A stretch of DNA of 59,708 nt from Prasinococcaceae sp. CCMP 1430 (Eukaryota > Plantae > Prasinodermophyta). This document shows, one piece after another, positions 1-10,528 of this stretch. The stretch lies in NCBI GenBank assembly GCA_013416795.1, contig RQSC01001207.1:53366-113073 (forward strand), read 5' to 3'. Under the pieces are notes generated by a model, which was given only the letters and a program-made list of their open reading frames with translations, made no database searches and was not told the origin of the DNA. The position numbers and the translations under genes are program-made. Position 1 is the stretch's first letter. Every line of letters begins with the position of its first letter.

Positions 1-2
1 CG

Positions 3-665
3 CCGGCGCCGGAGCTGGCGCCGACGCCACAGGGCGCGCATTGCGCATGGCCGCGGGCGAACGCCATCGCCGCCTCGACGGCGTCGGTGAGCGCCGTTGA
101 GGCCGCGCTCACCGGCGCGCACTGTGCGTGGCCGCGGCACGGTGCCCTGGCGGCGGCGGCCGGGGACGGGCGTGACGGCGCGTGCGACGCCGAGGGGCTT
201 GACGGCCCGCGCTGCGCGTGGCCGAAAGAGAACTCCACACAGAACTGCGGGGGGGCGCACGTCGCCGCCGTTGCCATCGCACCCGCCGAGCAGCCGCCAG
301 CAGGGCCGCGCTGCGAGTGGCCAAAGGCCTCCAAGCGCCAAGGCGGCCGCGGGGGCGTGCACGCCGCTGCGATCTCCGTCGAGCCCGCGCAAGGGCCGCG
401 CTGCTCGTGGCCGCGGGAGACGCAGGCGGGGGGGGACGGCGTGGGCGATGCAGAGGGCGTCGTCGACGGCCCCCGCTGCGAGTGGCCAAAGGCCTCCAAG
501 CGCCAAGGCGGCCGCGGGGGCGTGCACGCCGCTGCGATCTCCGTCGAGCCCGCGTCGCAGGAGCCGGCAGGGCCCCACTGCGCGTGGCCAAGGCAGGTTG
601 TGGCACCTGCGGCGGCGCAGGGGGCACACTGCGCGTGGCCCAAACGCTCGACGGCGACGATGTGA
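3..665 (+). CDS. Hypothetical low-complexity protein with 8 copies of G[AP][HR]C[AES]WP[RK] (5' partial)
   Basis: The 87..665 ORF frame stays open back to the window edge. Motif copies start at 33, 114, 204, 303, 393, 468, 570 and 621, all in one frame. 81-bp direct repeat at 309-389 and 474-554. TGA at 663-665. Confidence 0.55.
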   Translation, partial: PAPELAPTPQGAHCAWPRANAIAASTASVSAVEAALTGAHCAWPRHGALAAAAGDGRDGACDAEGLDGPRCAWPKENSTQNCGGAHVAAVAIAPAEQPPAGPRCEWPKASKRQGGRGGVHAAAISVEPAQGPRCSWPRETQAGGDGVGDAEGVVDGPRCEWPKASKRQGGRGGVHAAAISVEPASQEPAGPHCAWPRQVVAPAAAQGAHCAWPKRSTATM

Positions 666-785
666 GCCTCGCCTCGAAAAGCGACACAACTTGTCTTCTA
701 ATTCCGCACAGAGAGCTGGCGCCCGTGCGTGCGACGGGCGCGTATGTACAGTGTACACGATCATATAATTTTTTGTGTCATTTAT

Positions 786-3716
786 CTACGATGGAAGGAA
801 GCCAGCCTGACGCTGCAGGCCCAGCGCGACCTGCTCCTGTCCGCCCGTGCGCGCGTGCGGTGCGAGCTTCCGCCTCGCGAGGTCGACGCCGCAGTGCCGC
901 ATGAAGGCGGCCGGGGTGCGTCCGCCCTCGCCCTCCCCCCACACCAACCCGCACGAGCGCGCCGCCTCGCCCCCGTCTCCCTCGCCGGTGAGAGCGTCCG
1001 TCAACGCCGCGGCACTCGCCTCCCGTAACGCCCTGGCGAGCTCCCTGTGTTCGCCCTCCTCCGCCATGAAGGCCTCGCGCTCGAAGGCAGGTCTGTAGCT
1101 GGCATCCCAGCAATGGTAGGCCAGAGCCGCCTGCGGCGCGAAGAAGTCGCAGCCGGCGCACCAAAGGCGGCACGACACGAGCAGCTCGTCCCCGTTCGAC
1201 AGGTACGGCAGGTGCGGCGAGAAGGGGGGCACTTCTCCGCCGAAGAGCACCTCCGCGCGGCTGAAGGAGAGCTGTGGCGCCCAAAAAAGTGTGGGGATGG
1301 GCTTGTCGGGGACGCTCGCGGCGGCCAGCTGTCGAGGCGCGATGTGCGGCAGGCCGTCGCGGCGCGCACGCACGGCGCATGGCACTGTCGGTGAGGTATC
1401 CGGTGGCAGCTCGACCTCGGAGGTGGGCGCGCTCCACACGCACAATCGTCGGAACCTCTCGACGACCTTGGTGTCGAGGCGCGCAAACTCGTCATTGACC
1501 TCCTTCCGCAGTGCCTCGGCAGCGCTTTCAAGTGCTTCATCGAGCGCCCCCAGCGCGTGCTCGCGTTCCAAGTCGTCGCACAGCCTGTACCCCAGCGGCT
1601 GCGTGGTCAGCACAGCCACGCGCCCCTCGGGTGCGCAGCGCTCACTCGCCTGCGCGAGCATGCTCGTGGCAGTCGCGTCCCAGCCAGGCACAAAGCGCGT
1701 ATGCGAGTCGACCATCAGCGCATACTCCTCGCCGTTCCACAGGCGGCCAAGCAGCGCGCGTGCGTACGCGGCACCTTCAGCGTCGCGATGAGAGAGGCGC
1801 AGCTCGCGCACGCGCCCGCGCGTGTGCAGCGCCTCCGGCAGACATTTCAGCCCGCTATGATCAGCCTCGTTGCGGTACTGGTCTTCGAGCTCGCGAGCGG
1901 CTTGCCACGCGATACCAAAGTAGAGCAAATCTGGATTGGTCGCTTTCTGGAGGGCGTCGGCCACAGTGAAGCGTGCCTCCGCATCACGGTAGCTTGCTAT
2001 TGCCACGAAGATGGCGCCCGGTGGCGGTGGCGGCAACCCCGCCGTCTCGGCGCTGGCAGCATCCGCTGCGATTGCGTCGTACGCGCGCACAAGCGCGCAC
2101 ATCTCGGCGGCCTCACCACCCAGGTGCGGGTGAGCCTCCGCCACTAGCGCGCGGTAGCGCGCTCGCACAGCAGCCTCGCCCGCGCCGCGAGGCGCCCCGA
2201 GCGCCGCATAGTGCGGGATGAGCGATGCGTCCCATCCACGCAAGGCACGCTGCGAGCCACCGTGCTGTCCGAGCTTGCCCTCTTCCGCTCGCGTATGCGC
2301 GCGCGAGAACTCCTCGCCACCGCTCGCACCGCCCTCATCGGATTCGCCGCCGCTGCCGCTGCCGCTGTCAGTGCCAATGTCTGGAGCGTCGTCACTTTCA
2401 TCGACGCCCTGCGGTGGGCCCGCGGGCGCGCAGACGCCCGTGCCTGTGCGCCGCGCCGTCGGGCGCTTTCTCGAAAAGGCAGCCCGCGTGCGAATCTTGG
2501 CGCCCATCGCCGATGAGTTGCCTACCGCCGCCGCGTCGAGCGATGCGTCTGCTCGCGCGGGCTCGGCAGCGCGGAGCTTGGGCAACTCGACACCACACTC
2601 GGTGCACCTCTTTGCGAGTGAGGCGACCACTGCAGTGCACGCACGGCAACGCTGCTTGAAGTGAAATGAGCAGCCCGGGCAGACCGTGAGAACGCAATGT
2701 ACGATGGTGTTGCACCTTTTGCAGCGCTTGAAGGCACCGCTGCGAAGTTTCGCGATGTCGAGCGGCCACAGAACCTGCGAGATATCCGAGTCGGCTCCGG
2801 ACACGTCGGCGGTCGCCTCAGCTGGCGCGCACGGCTGGCCCAAATCGACGCCTGCGGGCGCTTCGGCACCGCCAGCGGCTGTGCGGTCCTCCCGGCTGAC
2901 ATCGCCATTAATTGGATCACCATCGATTGCAGCTTGGCGTCTGCTCACACTTCCGCGTGCGCGCTCGGCTGCTCCAGGCGGACAGCGCACACTGCCGGAG
3001 TGTTCTGGGTCCCAGGTGCTGCCCACAGCCGCGCCAAAGGACGGCTGTACTTCCGCAGCTGCGCCGGTACACGCGAGGCTGCCTTGGGCGACCTTCTGAG
3101 CTGCGTCTTCGCGCGCACGCGTCAGTGCCTTCGCGATTGTCTTGTTGGTTGGCTCGAGCTCGGCCGCGCGTGTGAGCACCTTCACAGCACGCGCATAGTC
3201 GCCGAGCGCCGCATATGCCTCGCCCGCACGGTAGTGACCCTTGGCCCACTCGGCTTGTGAGTCCACGGATGCGAGGGCCGCGTCGAGAGCTGCGCGAGCG
3301 TTACCCGCACGCAGCAGCGCGGCCGAGCGGTTGGCGTGCAGCGGTGCAGCCGCGTCCTCGCGCGCGTCGAGCGCATCGGCAAAGTGACGTGCAGCTGCGA
3401 CGTACTCGCCTCGGCGGAACGCGTCGGCGCCGAGCGATTTGTACGTGGCAGAGGCGACGCCATCAGCCTCGGCGGCTTTTGACGTGCCGCAATGACTGTC
3501 ATCAGCCTCCCTCTCCTCGAGGTCTTTCAGCACCACGTCATAGGCGTCCTTAAGCAGCTGGAAGGTCGTCGCATCCCCGCCGCGATCCGGGTGCGCCTCT
3601 GCGGCCTTGCGCAGATACGCCGCGCGGGCCTCGGCCGCAGCACCAGCGAGCGCGGCGCCGCGCCCAACGCCGAGCAGCGCGTAGGAAGCACGCACGAGGC
3701 GCTCGTTGGCAGCCAT
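786..3716 (-). CDS. J-domain / TPR / double zinc ribbon / J-like / GT60 (Skp1-hydroxyproline GlcNAc-transferase-like) multidomain protein
   Basis: Single ORF from MAANERL (ATG 3716): J-domain AHPDRGG...FQLLKDAY; TPRs (GADAFRRGEY, LHANRSAALL, KGHYRAGEAY); four CxxC pairs; second J-like HPHLGG; GT60 motifs IFVAIASYRD, YFGIAWQ, YARAL, GEEYALMVDSHTRFVPGWD. Confidence 0.8.
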   Translation of the reverse strand: MAANERLVRASYALLGVGRGAALAGAAAEARAAYLRKAAEAHPDRGGDATTFQLLKDAYDVVLKDLEEREADDSHCGTSKAAEADGVASATYKSLGADAFRRGEYVAAARHFADALDAREDAAAPLHANRSAALLRAGNARAALDAALASVDSQAEWAKGHYRAGEAYAALGDYARAVKVLTRAAELEPTNKTIAKALTRAREDAAQKVAQGSLACTGAAAEVQPSFGAAVGSTWDPEHSGSVRCPPGAAERARGSVSRRQAAIDGDPINGDVSREDRTAAGGAEAPAGVDLGQPCAPAEATADVSGADSDISQVLWPLDIAKLRSGAFKRCKRCNTIVHCVLTVCPGCSFHFKQRCRACTAVVASLAKRCTECGVELPKLRAAEPARADASLDAAAVGNSSAMGAKIRTRAAFSRKRPTARRTGTGVCAPAGPPQGVDESDDAPDIGTDSGSGSGGESDEGGASGGEEFSRAHTRAEEGKLGQHGGSQRALRGWDASLIPHYAALGAPRGAGEAAVRARYRALVAEAHPHLGGEAAEMCALVRAYDAIAADAASAETAGLPPPPPGAIFVAIASYRDAEARFTVADALQKATNPDLLYFGIAWQAARELEDQYRNEADHSGLKCLPEALHTRGRVRELRLSHRDAEGAAYARALLGRLWNGEEYALMVDSHTRFVPGWDATATSMLAQASERCAPEGRVAVLTTQPLGYRLCDDLEREHALGALDEALESAAEALRKEVNDEFARLDTKVVERFRRLCVWSAPTSEVELPPDTSPTVPCAVRARRDGLPHIAPRQLAAASVPDKPIPTLFWAPQLSFSRAEVLFGGEVPPFSPHLPYLSNGDELLVSCRLWCAGCDFFAPQAALAYHCWDASYRPAFEREAFMAEEGEHRELARALREASAAALTDALTGEGDGGEAARSCGLVWGEGEGGRTPAAFMRHCGVDLARRKLAPHARTGGQEQVALGLQRQAGFLPS

Positions 3717-4144
3717 CGGGAGGTCGACTGAGGAGGCGCGCTGTCGCCCGCGCGCGCACACCTCCCTGCCGCACCGGCGGTCTGGCGCGTCACGGCGGCT
3801 GCGCGTGCCGCTTCCCCCGCCCGGCCTGCAGGCGGCGGAACCCACCCACGTCAAATCGCGTGCGATGTGGGCACACAAACCGTTACAAAGTCTGTGTCTG
3901 CTCGCATTCCCCAACGCGATCCACGCTCGCCTCGCGCGCGCGCCAACGCGCACCGGCCAGTGGTGCCCGCGTGCGTGCGTGCGTGCGTGCGTGCGCGAGT
4001 GCGCGTGTGCGAGTCTTGGAGAAGGAGCATACCCGCGTGCGTCAGAGCGCGTGGCTGCCTGCACACGTGCGCGCGCGTGCGTGCGCGCGCGCCGCGCCGC
4101 GCGCGCCGCGCGCATCACGCGCGCACGCGCGGCTGGCGAGTGCG

Positions 4145-4894
4145 ATGGCCAACGTGTACGAGGTCTTGTTCGACCCGCAGGTGGTGCTGCGCGCGCGTCC
4201 CATGCTGGGCGCTCCGGTGGTGGAGGCGCGCGCCGCGCGGTCGCTGCTTGAGGTTGACGGCTGGCGCGACGGGTGGGTGCGCCTCGCGGCGCCCGTGCGC
4301 GGCTCCGAGGCGTGGGCGCTCATCCACCACGACGAGCACGGCGACCTGCTCAAGCTGGTGCCCCCCGCGACGTTCGAGGTCGTCTTCGAGGGGGGCAGCG
4401 TGGCCGTACGCGCAGCGCCCTCCCCTAGCGCCACCGTGGTAGGCGCGAAAAAGCGCGGAGACTTCCTTCGCGTCATCGGCCAGACCGACGGCTTTGTCAA
4501 GCTCGCGGGCACAAGGCAGGGCGCCGCCCAGTACGTCATGGTGAAGCACCCCACACTCGGGCGTATCCTCGAGCACAAGGAGGGCGTGGCGCCGTACCTG
4601 CAGCGGCCGGAGGCGCACGGTGCGGGCGGCCCAAGGGGCCCGCGTGCGGGCTCGGCCTCTTGGGAGCCACCGAAGGGCGCCGCCTGCGGGGACGTGTGCG
4701 AGCGCGACTGGGTGGGCGCCGACGAGATGCGCGTGCAGGTCAACCGCGTCAGGGCGCTGCGCGCGCACGCCGAGCTCGCCGAGGGCAGGCGCAAGGACCG
4801 CCAGGCCAAGCGCGCCAACGATGCGATGCGCGCGCTCACGGGCGCCGCGGAGAGGTCCGAGACGGGCTTCTACCTTGGCATCGACGCGCTCTGA
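4145..4894 (+). CDS. Hypothetical protein with two SH3b-like repeats
   Basis: ATG 4145, TGA 4892-4894. Two repeats of the pattern V.(L/V)R..P...A.VV....G/R...V.G..DG(W/F)V.L (VVLRARP...DGWVRL and VAVRAAP...DGFVKL), similar to bacterial SH3_3. Confidence 0.6.
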   Translation: MANVYEVLFDPQVVLRARPMLGAPVVEARAARSLLEVDGWRDGWVRLAAPVRGSEAWALIHHDEHGDLLKLVPPATFEVVFEGGSVAVRAAPSPSATVVGAKKRGDFLRVIGQTDGFVKLAGTRQGAAQYVMVKHPTLGRILEHKEGVAPYLQRPEAHGAGGPRGPRAGSASWEPPKGAACGDVCERDWVGADEMRVQVNRVRALRAHAELAEGRRKDRQAKRANDAMRALTGAAERSETGFYLGIDAL

Positions 4895-5087
4895 GGCGCG
4901 GCACGCGTGCGCGCGCCCGCGCGTGCGCGCACCGCACAACAATTTCCACACAATTAGGCACATATAGCGCGCGCTCGCTGCGCCCCGCTCGGGCGTGCCT
5001 GCGTTGTGGACTGTACAGTACGCACTCTGCGAGGGCTTCCGGATGCGCGCGCGCTCTCCTCATCCCCCCCCCCACTTCCTCGGGCGC

Positions 5088-6907
5088 TCAGCCCTCCTCG
5101 AGGAAGATGTCCGGCGTGAGCGTGATGTACGTGCACGTGTGCGGTCCGAGCACCTCCTCGGCCCTCGGGCAGGCGCCGGGCCTGCCGTCCATGAGGTGCC
5201 TAGCGCCGAGGCGCGTGAAGCCGTTGTCGTAGACGACGTCGTCGGCGCTGCCGAAGGGCTCCTCGCCCTCGCGCTCGCCTGAGCCCACGCTCGACCCCCA
5301 ATCGACGCACGCTAGCACGAGGTTCTTGCGCGCGCCTGACGACACGCGCGTGCCGCCGCTCACCGTCATCATGGAGACCTCCTCCTCAACGCCCGTCAGG
5401 CGGATGGAAAAGTGCGCGTGGTAGATGTGTGGGTCGCCCACGTACGCCAGGTAGTCGGCGCCGAACTTGACACCCGACGTGAGCGAGTAACCGCGCCGGT
5501 AGAGGTCGGCGAACACCGCGCAGCGCTCGCGCTCGCGCCTCGTCGCCGGAAACGCCCAGCGGCGCGCGCCGCCCCCCACCGCCGCGAGCAGCAGCTCGTC
5601 GCGCGGCGTCGGCGGTAGCGACGCCAGCGCGCGCGGCGCGATGCGCTGCGAGCGCGCCACGCGGATGGGCACCTCGCGCGCGTCGCCCACCAGCGACTGC
5701 AGCGCACCCTTCACGCGCGCGTGCGCTGCGGCGGCCGCGTCCACCACCTCCACCTCCGGCGCCGCCACCGCGACAGGCTGTTCGTCCGGCAGCCGCTGCT
5801 TCTGCTGCTGGTCGTCGTGGTGATGGTGCGCTGCGCCTGCCACCACCGCCGCTGCCGCGCCCGCACCGTTGGCCGCCGCGCCTGCACCGTCGGCTCGATC
5901 TGCCGCTCCCTCCGCGTCCTCCGCCATGGCCACCACCGGCTCGTCGAGCCGCCGCCGCTTGGGCTCGCGCTCGCGCTCGTGCGTGGCGTGCTCGTGCTCC
6001 TCCTCGGCGCACTGCTGCTGCTCAGTGCTCCGCTGTTCCTCCTCAGCGCGCTGCCGGCCGCCTTCAACAGCCTCGACCTGCGGCTCCTGTGCCACAGCGC
6101 CCCCCTCCTCGAGCTCCGCCCCAGCGGCGTCGGCCACGGCGTCGGCGTCGGCATCAACATCCTCGTCCTCGAGCCTCACCGCCTTGGCCTTGGCCGCGGC
6201 GGCCTCCGCCTCGGCGGCAGCTGCCGCCCTGGCCGCCGCGGCGGCCCTCTCCTCCGCCTCCGCCTCCGCCTGGAGCATCTCCGCGGCGGTGGCTGCGACG
6301 TCCCCCTCGATGACGACCGCCGCCACGCCGTTGAGCGCGGCCGTCCACACCTCCTCAGGCAGCAGCGTCAGCGGCAGGCCGTTCACCTGGACCTGTCGCG
6401 GGTAGTCGGGCACGGCGCCCACGCATGCACCTGTGGCGCTCGCGCGCACGCGTGTGTGCATGAGCATGAGCATTTGTGTGTGTGCGTGTGCGTGTGCGTG
6501 TGCGTGTGCGTGTGCGTGTGCGTGCGTGCGTGCGTGCGTGCGCGCGCGAGAGTGCGCGCGTATGTGTGAGTGTGTGTGCGTGCGCGTGCCCGTGCGCGCA
6601 CGTCAGGGCCAGCACGGGTGCGCACGGACGCGAGGCATGCGCGTCCAGGAGCGACGGCGAGAGCGCGCGCGCTCGCGCACGCGCACACACACACAGCACA
6701 CACAGCACAATCACACACACGCACCGACGATGCGAAAGTCCTCCCTCGCGCGCCGGCCGTCGGCGTGCGCCCACACGTAGCCCGCGTCGCCCATGACGTG
6801 CACACGCACGGGCTTGAGCGCGATGGGCGGCGGCGGCGTGCGCGCGGCGAGCGGCACCGGGATCACCGCTTCGTTGGGCTCATCGTTTTGGAGGCGCTTG
6901 AGTGCCN

Positions 6908-6963
<56 letters not shown>

Positions 6964-7079
6964 ACCACCACCACCACCCTCACGCCATCCGCGCCCGCGC
7001 CGGCGGCTGGCGGCACCGCGCAGCCGCGGCCGCCGGCGCTCTCGCATGCGTTTTTGACCCGCTGGGACGCGCCGCGCAT
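5088..7079 (-). CDS. TSEN34: tRNA-splicing endonuclease catalytic subunit SEN34
   Basis: C-terminal VFADLYRRGYSLTSGVKFGADYLAYVGDPHIYHAHF. The N-terminal REDFRIVG|ACVGAVPDYPRQVQVNGLPLTLLPEE is joined by a GT-AG intron at 6431-6724 with matching phase 1. The start is uncertain (CA repeat and single N at 6907). Confidence 0.85.
6475..6975. repeat. (GT/GCGT)n, (CA)n and (CCA)n microsatellites inside SEN34 introns
   Basis: Read directly: GTGTGC/GCGT arrays at 6475-6545, (CA)n at 6908-6960, (CCA)n to about 6976. Confidence 0.95.
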
Positions 7080-7305
7080 GGAGGTCTCCCGTCGTCACAT
7101 TTGACACCACAAAAGAAGTAAAACAGAACCAAAGTTCCACTAGTACCAATTGAATGTACCGCGCTGTTGATGCGTTTTGACCTGGCAGAATGGTGCGAGC
7201 TGAGGTTGCAGGGTGATCTCCCGTGGTTACATTTGACTATGTTGTGTGCATATTATTGTACCGAACCGACGCGCGTCGCGGCGGCAGCCGCAGCCGCAGC
7301 CGCCG

Positions 7306-7479
7306 CTGCCGGCCAAGAAGAAGGAGGAGGAGACGCCCGAGCTCGGCGCCGGGCGCTTCGGCCGCGTGCGCAACAACCTGCGCATGGGGCTCGTGGGCCT
7401 GCCCAACGTGGGCAAGTCGTCGCTTTTCAACCTCTTCACCGAGCAGAGCGCCGCCGCGGAGAACTTCCCCTTCTGCACG
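7306..7479 (+). other. OLA1: Orphan first exon of an OLA1/YchF ATPase (G1 P-loop); rest of gene absent from window
   Basis: (L)[57 protein letters not shown], followed by donor GTGCGG at 7480 and a CTGAC branch motif at 7556. No downstream OLA1 sequence is visible. Confidence 0.8.
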
Positions 7480-7596
7480 GTGCGGGGCGCGCGTGTGGGG
7501 GGGCCTCCGGGCGCGGCGAGCGGCGCGCGAGGGCCGGCCGGAGGCGACCGGGGCGCTGACTCGACGGCCTCGGCCGCGCGCGGCGGCGCGGCGGCG

Positions 7597-8418
7597 CGCG
7601 ATGACCGCGCGGCGGCTAAGCACCAGCAGCTCGTCAGCCTCGCCGCAGCGCTCGCGCCAGCGCTGCGCGCCATCAGTGCGGAGCTCGCGGTCGGGGACGC
7701 TTTTGGTGCGCGTCGCGCGCCCGTGGTCGCCGACCTGTGCGGCGGCTCCGGCCACGTGGCGCTCTTTCTGGCCGCCATATACGACGACGCCCGCTTCGTC
7801 GTGGTGGACAACAAGCCGGGCTCGCTCGCCCTCGCCGAGGATCGAATTCGCGCTGCAGGGCTGGGCGATAGGGTGGCCGTCGCGCTGGCGGACGTCGCGA
7901 GCTACGCCGAGCCCTTCGACGTCGGCGTCGCGCTGCACGCGTGCGGGGAGGCAACCGATATGGCCCTCGCCGCCGTGCGGGCGTGCTCGGCGCGCGCCTT
8001 CGCGGTGGTGCCGTGCTGTGTGGGCAAGCTCGCGCAGGCTCGCGTGCACGACAAGTTCCCGCGCTCGCGCGCGGCAGCGCAGGCCGGCGTGAGCCGCCAG
8101 GAGTTCCTCATGCTGGCGCGCGCCGCTGATGTGCACACGGTCGCTGGCATCGAAAAGGGCGGCGGCACACGCCCGCAGCGGCGCAGGCGACTCGCAAAGA
8201 CGGCCGTCGAGGTGGACCGAATGTGTGCCATGACCGAGAGCGCCAGCTACTGCACGCACATGATGCTGCTGGAGCCGCTCGACTCCTCCGCAAAGAACGA
8301 CGTGTGCGTCGGGTGGCTCGGGGACGCGTGCCCGTACTGCGCCGAGCCTGGCGTCCAAGAATTTCTCGCCCCATGGGCGGACGGGCCAGGTGCCAGGCTG
8401 GAGCGCGACGCGCGTTGA
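7597..8418 (+). CDS. GSTCD / Methyltransf_32-like SAM-dependent methyltransferase (5' end unresolved)
   Basis: [42 protein letters not shown] and VPCCVGK are characteristic motifs. TGA at 8416-8418 is followed at once by TGTAA. Confidence 0.8.
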   Translation, partial: RDDRAAAKHQQLVSLAAALAPALRAISAELAVGDAFGARRAPVVADLCGGSGHVALFLAAIYDDARFVVVDNKPGSLALAEDRIRAAGLGDRVAVALADVASYAEPFDVGVALHACGEATDMALAAVRACSARAFAVVPCCVGKLAQARVHDKFPRSRAAAQAGVSRQEFLMLARAADVHTVAGIEKGGGTRPQRRRRLAKTAVEVDRMCAMTESASYCTHMMLLEPLDSSAKNDVCVGWLGDACPYCAEPGVQEFLAPWADGPGARLERDAR

Positions 8419-8423
8419 TGTAA
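8419..8423 (+). terminator. TGTAA green-algal polyadenylation-type signal (representative copy)
   Basis: TGTAA lies downstream of stop codons on the coding strand at 8419, 32886, 38542, 49586 (+) and 18812-18816, 42283-42287, 49687-49691 (-). UGUAA is the known chlorophyte signal. Confidence 0.55.
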
Positions 8424-8503
8424 TTGTACAGTATCATTTGTGAACACAGGAGGGCGTGTGTGTGCTCGTGTATATGTGTGAAGTGTCCTGCGTTTCGTTT
8501 TCT

Positions 8504-10319
8504 TTACTTGCTCGCGAGGCCTCGGCGCCCAGCACGTGCCTTCCTGGCCGCGCCTGTGGGCTTCTTCACCTTGCCGTCGGCCTTGGCCGCCGAGGGCCCA
8601 GTGTCGGCCTTGCGCTTGGGCTTGTTGGCCTTGGAAGCGCCCTTGAGGGCCGCCAGGTCGGCCGAGCGCTCCGACTGGATGCCGTGCGCCGCGAGGATGC
8701 CCGGCGAGGCCTCGCGCACCTTTTCCGTGTCGAGCACGACGACCGTCGCGTGCTGCAAGTCGAATGTCATGTAGCGCTCGGTGCAAGTGTCGACCATCTC
8801 CGCAAGGTGCGGCAGGTTGAGGACGGGTTTGTTGTTGAATTTGAGGACCTCGCAGTTGACGATGTCCTCGTACCCCAGCGTGAGCTCGCTCGCCAGCACC
8901 TGCCCCAGCACCACGACCTGCTCGTCATTCCTCTTGCACATCGAGTTCATCATCCTGTCCAGGAGCTTCACCGGGGCGTCATACTCGTACTCCTTCCCGT
9001 ACTCTGAGCGCAGGTACGGCACCGTCACCCTCGTGAAGACCATCCCGCCGCATATGAAGTAGCTTGGCAGCTTCCCCTTGATGTGCACAGGCACTGGCCT
9101 CGTGAGCCCCCCCAGCGGGACCTCCAGCGTGACTTCCTTGCGGTCTTGCGCGCGTAGCACGCGCACCTTGGCGGTCTCGTCGTTGTACTTGCAGCTGATG
9201 AGGTAGCTGAACGAGATGCGCTCATGCTCCTTGGCACGGAAGGGGACCGTGCCATCGTTTGCTACGGGCGTGCCATCAAAGGACATGATGACGTCGCCCG
9301 CCTTGAGGAAGTCGGCGCACGCCGAGGTGGGCTCGACACGCCTCACGAGTACGCCCTTCTGCTTCGGGCCCATGCCCAGCGACTCGCGCAGGTACGGGCT
9401 CTCCAGGCGCTGCCACTCGATGCCCAGCCTAGGGAAGCCTGTGTACTTGCCATTCTTCTCATAATCTCGCAGAAAGTGTTGCACGACGGGCGGGGGAATG
9501 ACATAACCGATGTTCTAAAGCAGCCCGCAGCCGAGAGATATGGCGAGGCCACCGACCCGTCAGCAAACGTTCGGATGAGGGTGAACAAGGTCGCATGCCC
9601 GCGCGACCCCACACAACAGACACACGCACACACACACGCTCATGCAGCCCAAGGCTCACCTCGGCATCATCGCTCTTGAGCGACTGGAAGGCCACGCCTA
9701 CGCACTCGCCGCGCCCATTGAATGCCGGTCCACCACTGTTGCCGCTGTTGATCGCGGCGTCAATCTGCACCCCCAGCAGCTCGGAGGCGCCGTGCGCATA
9801 CGCCGTCACTTCCACGCGTGACACGACGCCGCTGGTGACGCTAATGGTGTCGCCGCCGAGGGGGTACCCGACCACCGTCACGGCGCTGTGCAGGCGCGGC
9901 AGCGTGCCGAATGGGAGCGGTTCGAGGCCCTTGTGGAACTCCTCGTCGTCGACAGCGAGCAGCGCGAGGTCGCACTCCACGCCCACCGCGAGCACACGTG
10001 CGATGTACTTTGCGTCGTCGCCGCGGCGGCGCACCTTGACCTGCGTGTGGTGATCCACACAGTGCGCATTGGTCAGGATTCGCCCGCCGGCGATGGCGAA
10101 GCCGCTGCCCGTGCTCTGATACTGCCGTTTTCGCTGCCACGGCAGCGAGAAGTTTGGCTCGACGTGCATGCAGAAGATCTTCACCACGCTCTCCATCCAC
10201 GGCATGTTCTGGCACGCCTCGGCCTCGTCGTCCGACTCGTACACTGTCTCGCTCAGCGCCCCGCCCCCGCCCCCGCCGCCCCCGCCGCCGCGCGCGGCAC
10301 TACGGGGCGTGCGCACATC
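8504..10319 (-). CDS. DEG9: Deg/HtrA serine protease, DEG9-like (trypsin + PDZ domains)
   Basis: [23 protein letters not shown]; triad TNAHCV, ECDLA, GNSGGP. Intron 9515-9659 gives SDDAE|NIGYVIP. Basic C-terminal tail. An acceptor TAG at 10320 suggests an unidentified upstream exon. Confidence 0.9.
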
Positions 10320-10528
10320 CTACACCCACCCACGCGCGCGCGCGCGCGCGCGCGCGATCAAGCAAGCAATCAGCCACAAGGGCGCACGTGCACGCCGAGG
10401 GACGGCGCGCACCCCTTCCAGCCCCTCACCCCCCCCTTCCTCACACACCCACCACCCCACCCCACCCAACACCCTCCAGCACCGCCGCGCGCGCGCGGTG
10501 TGGCGCGCGCGCATGCGCGGTGATGGAG

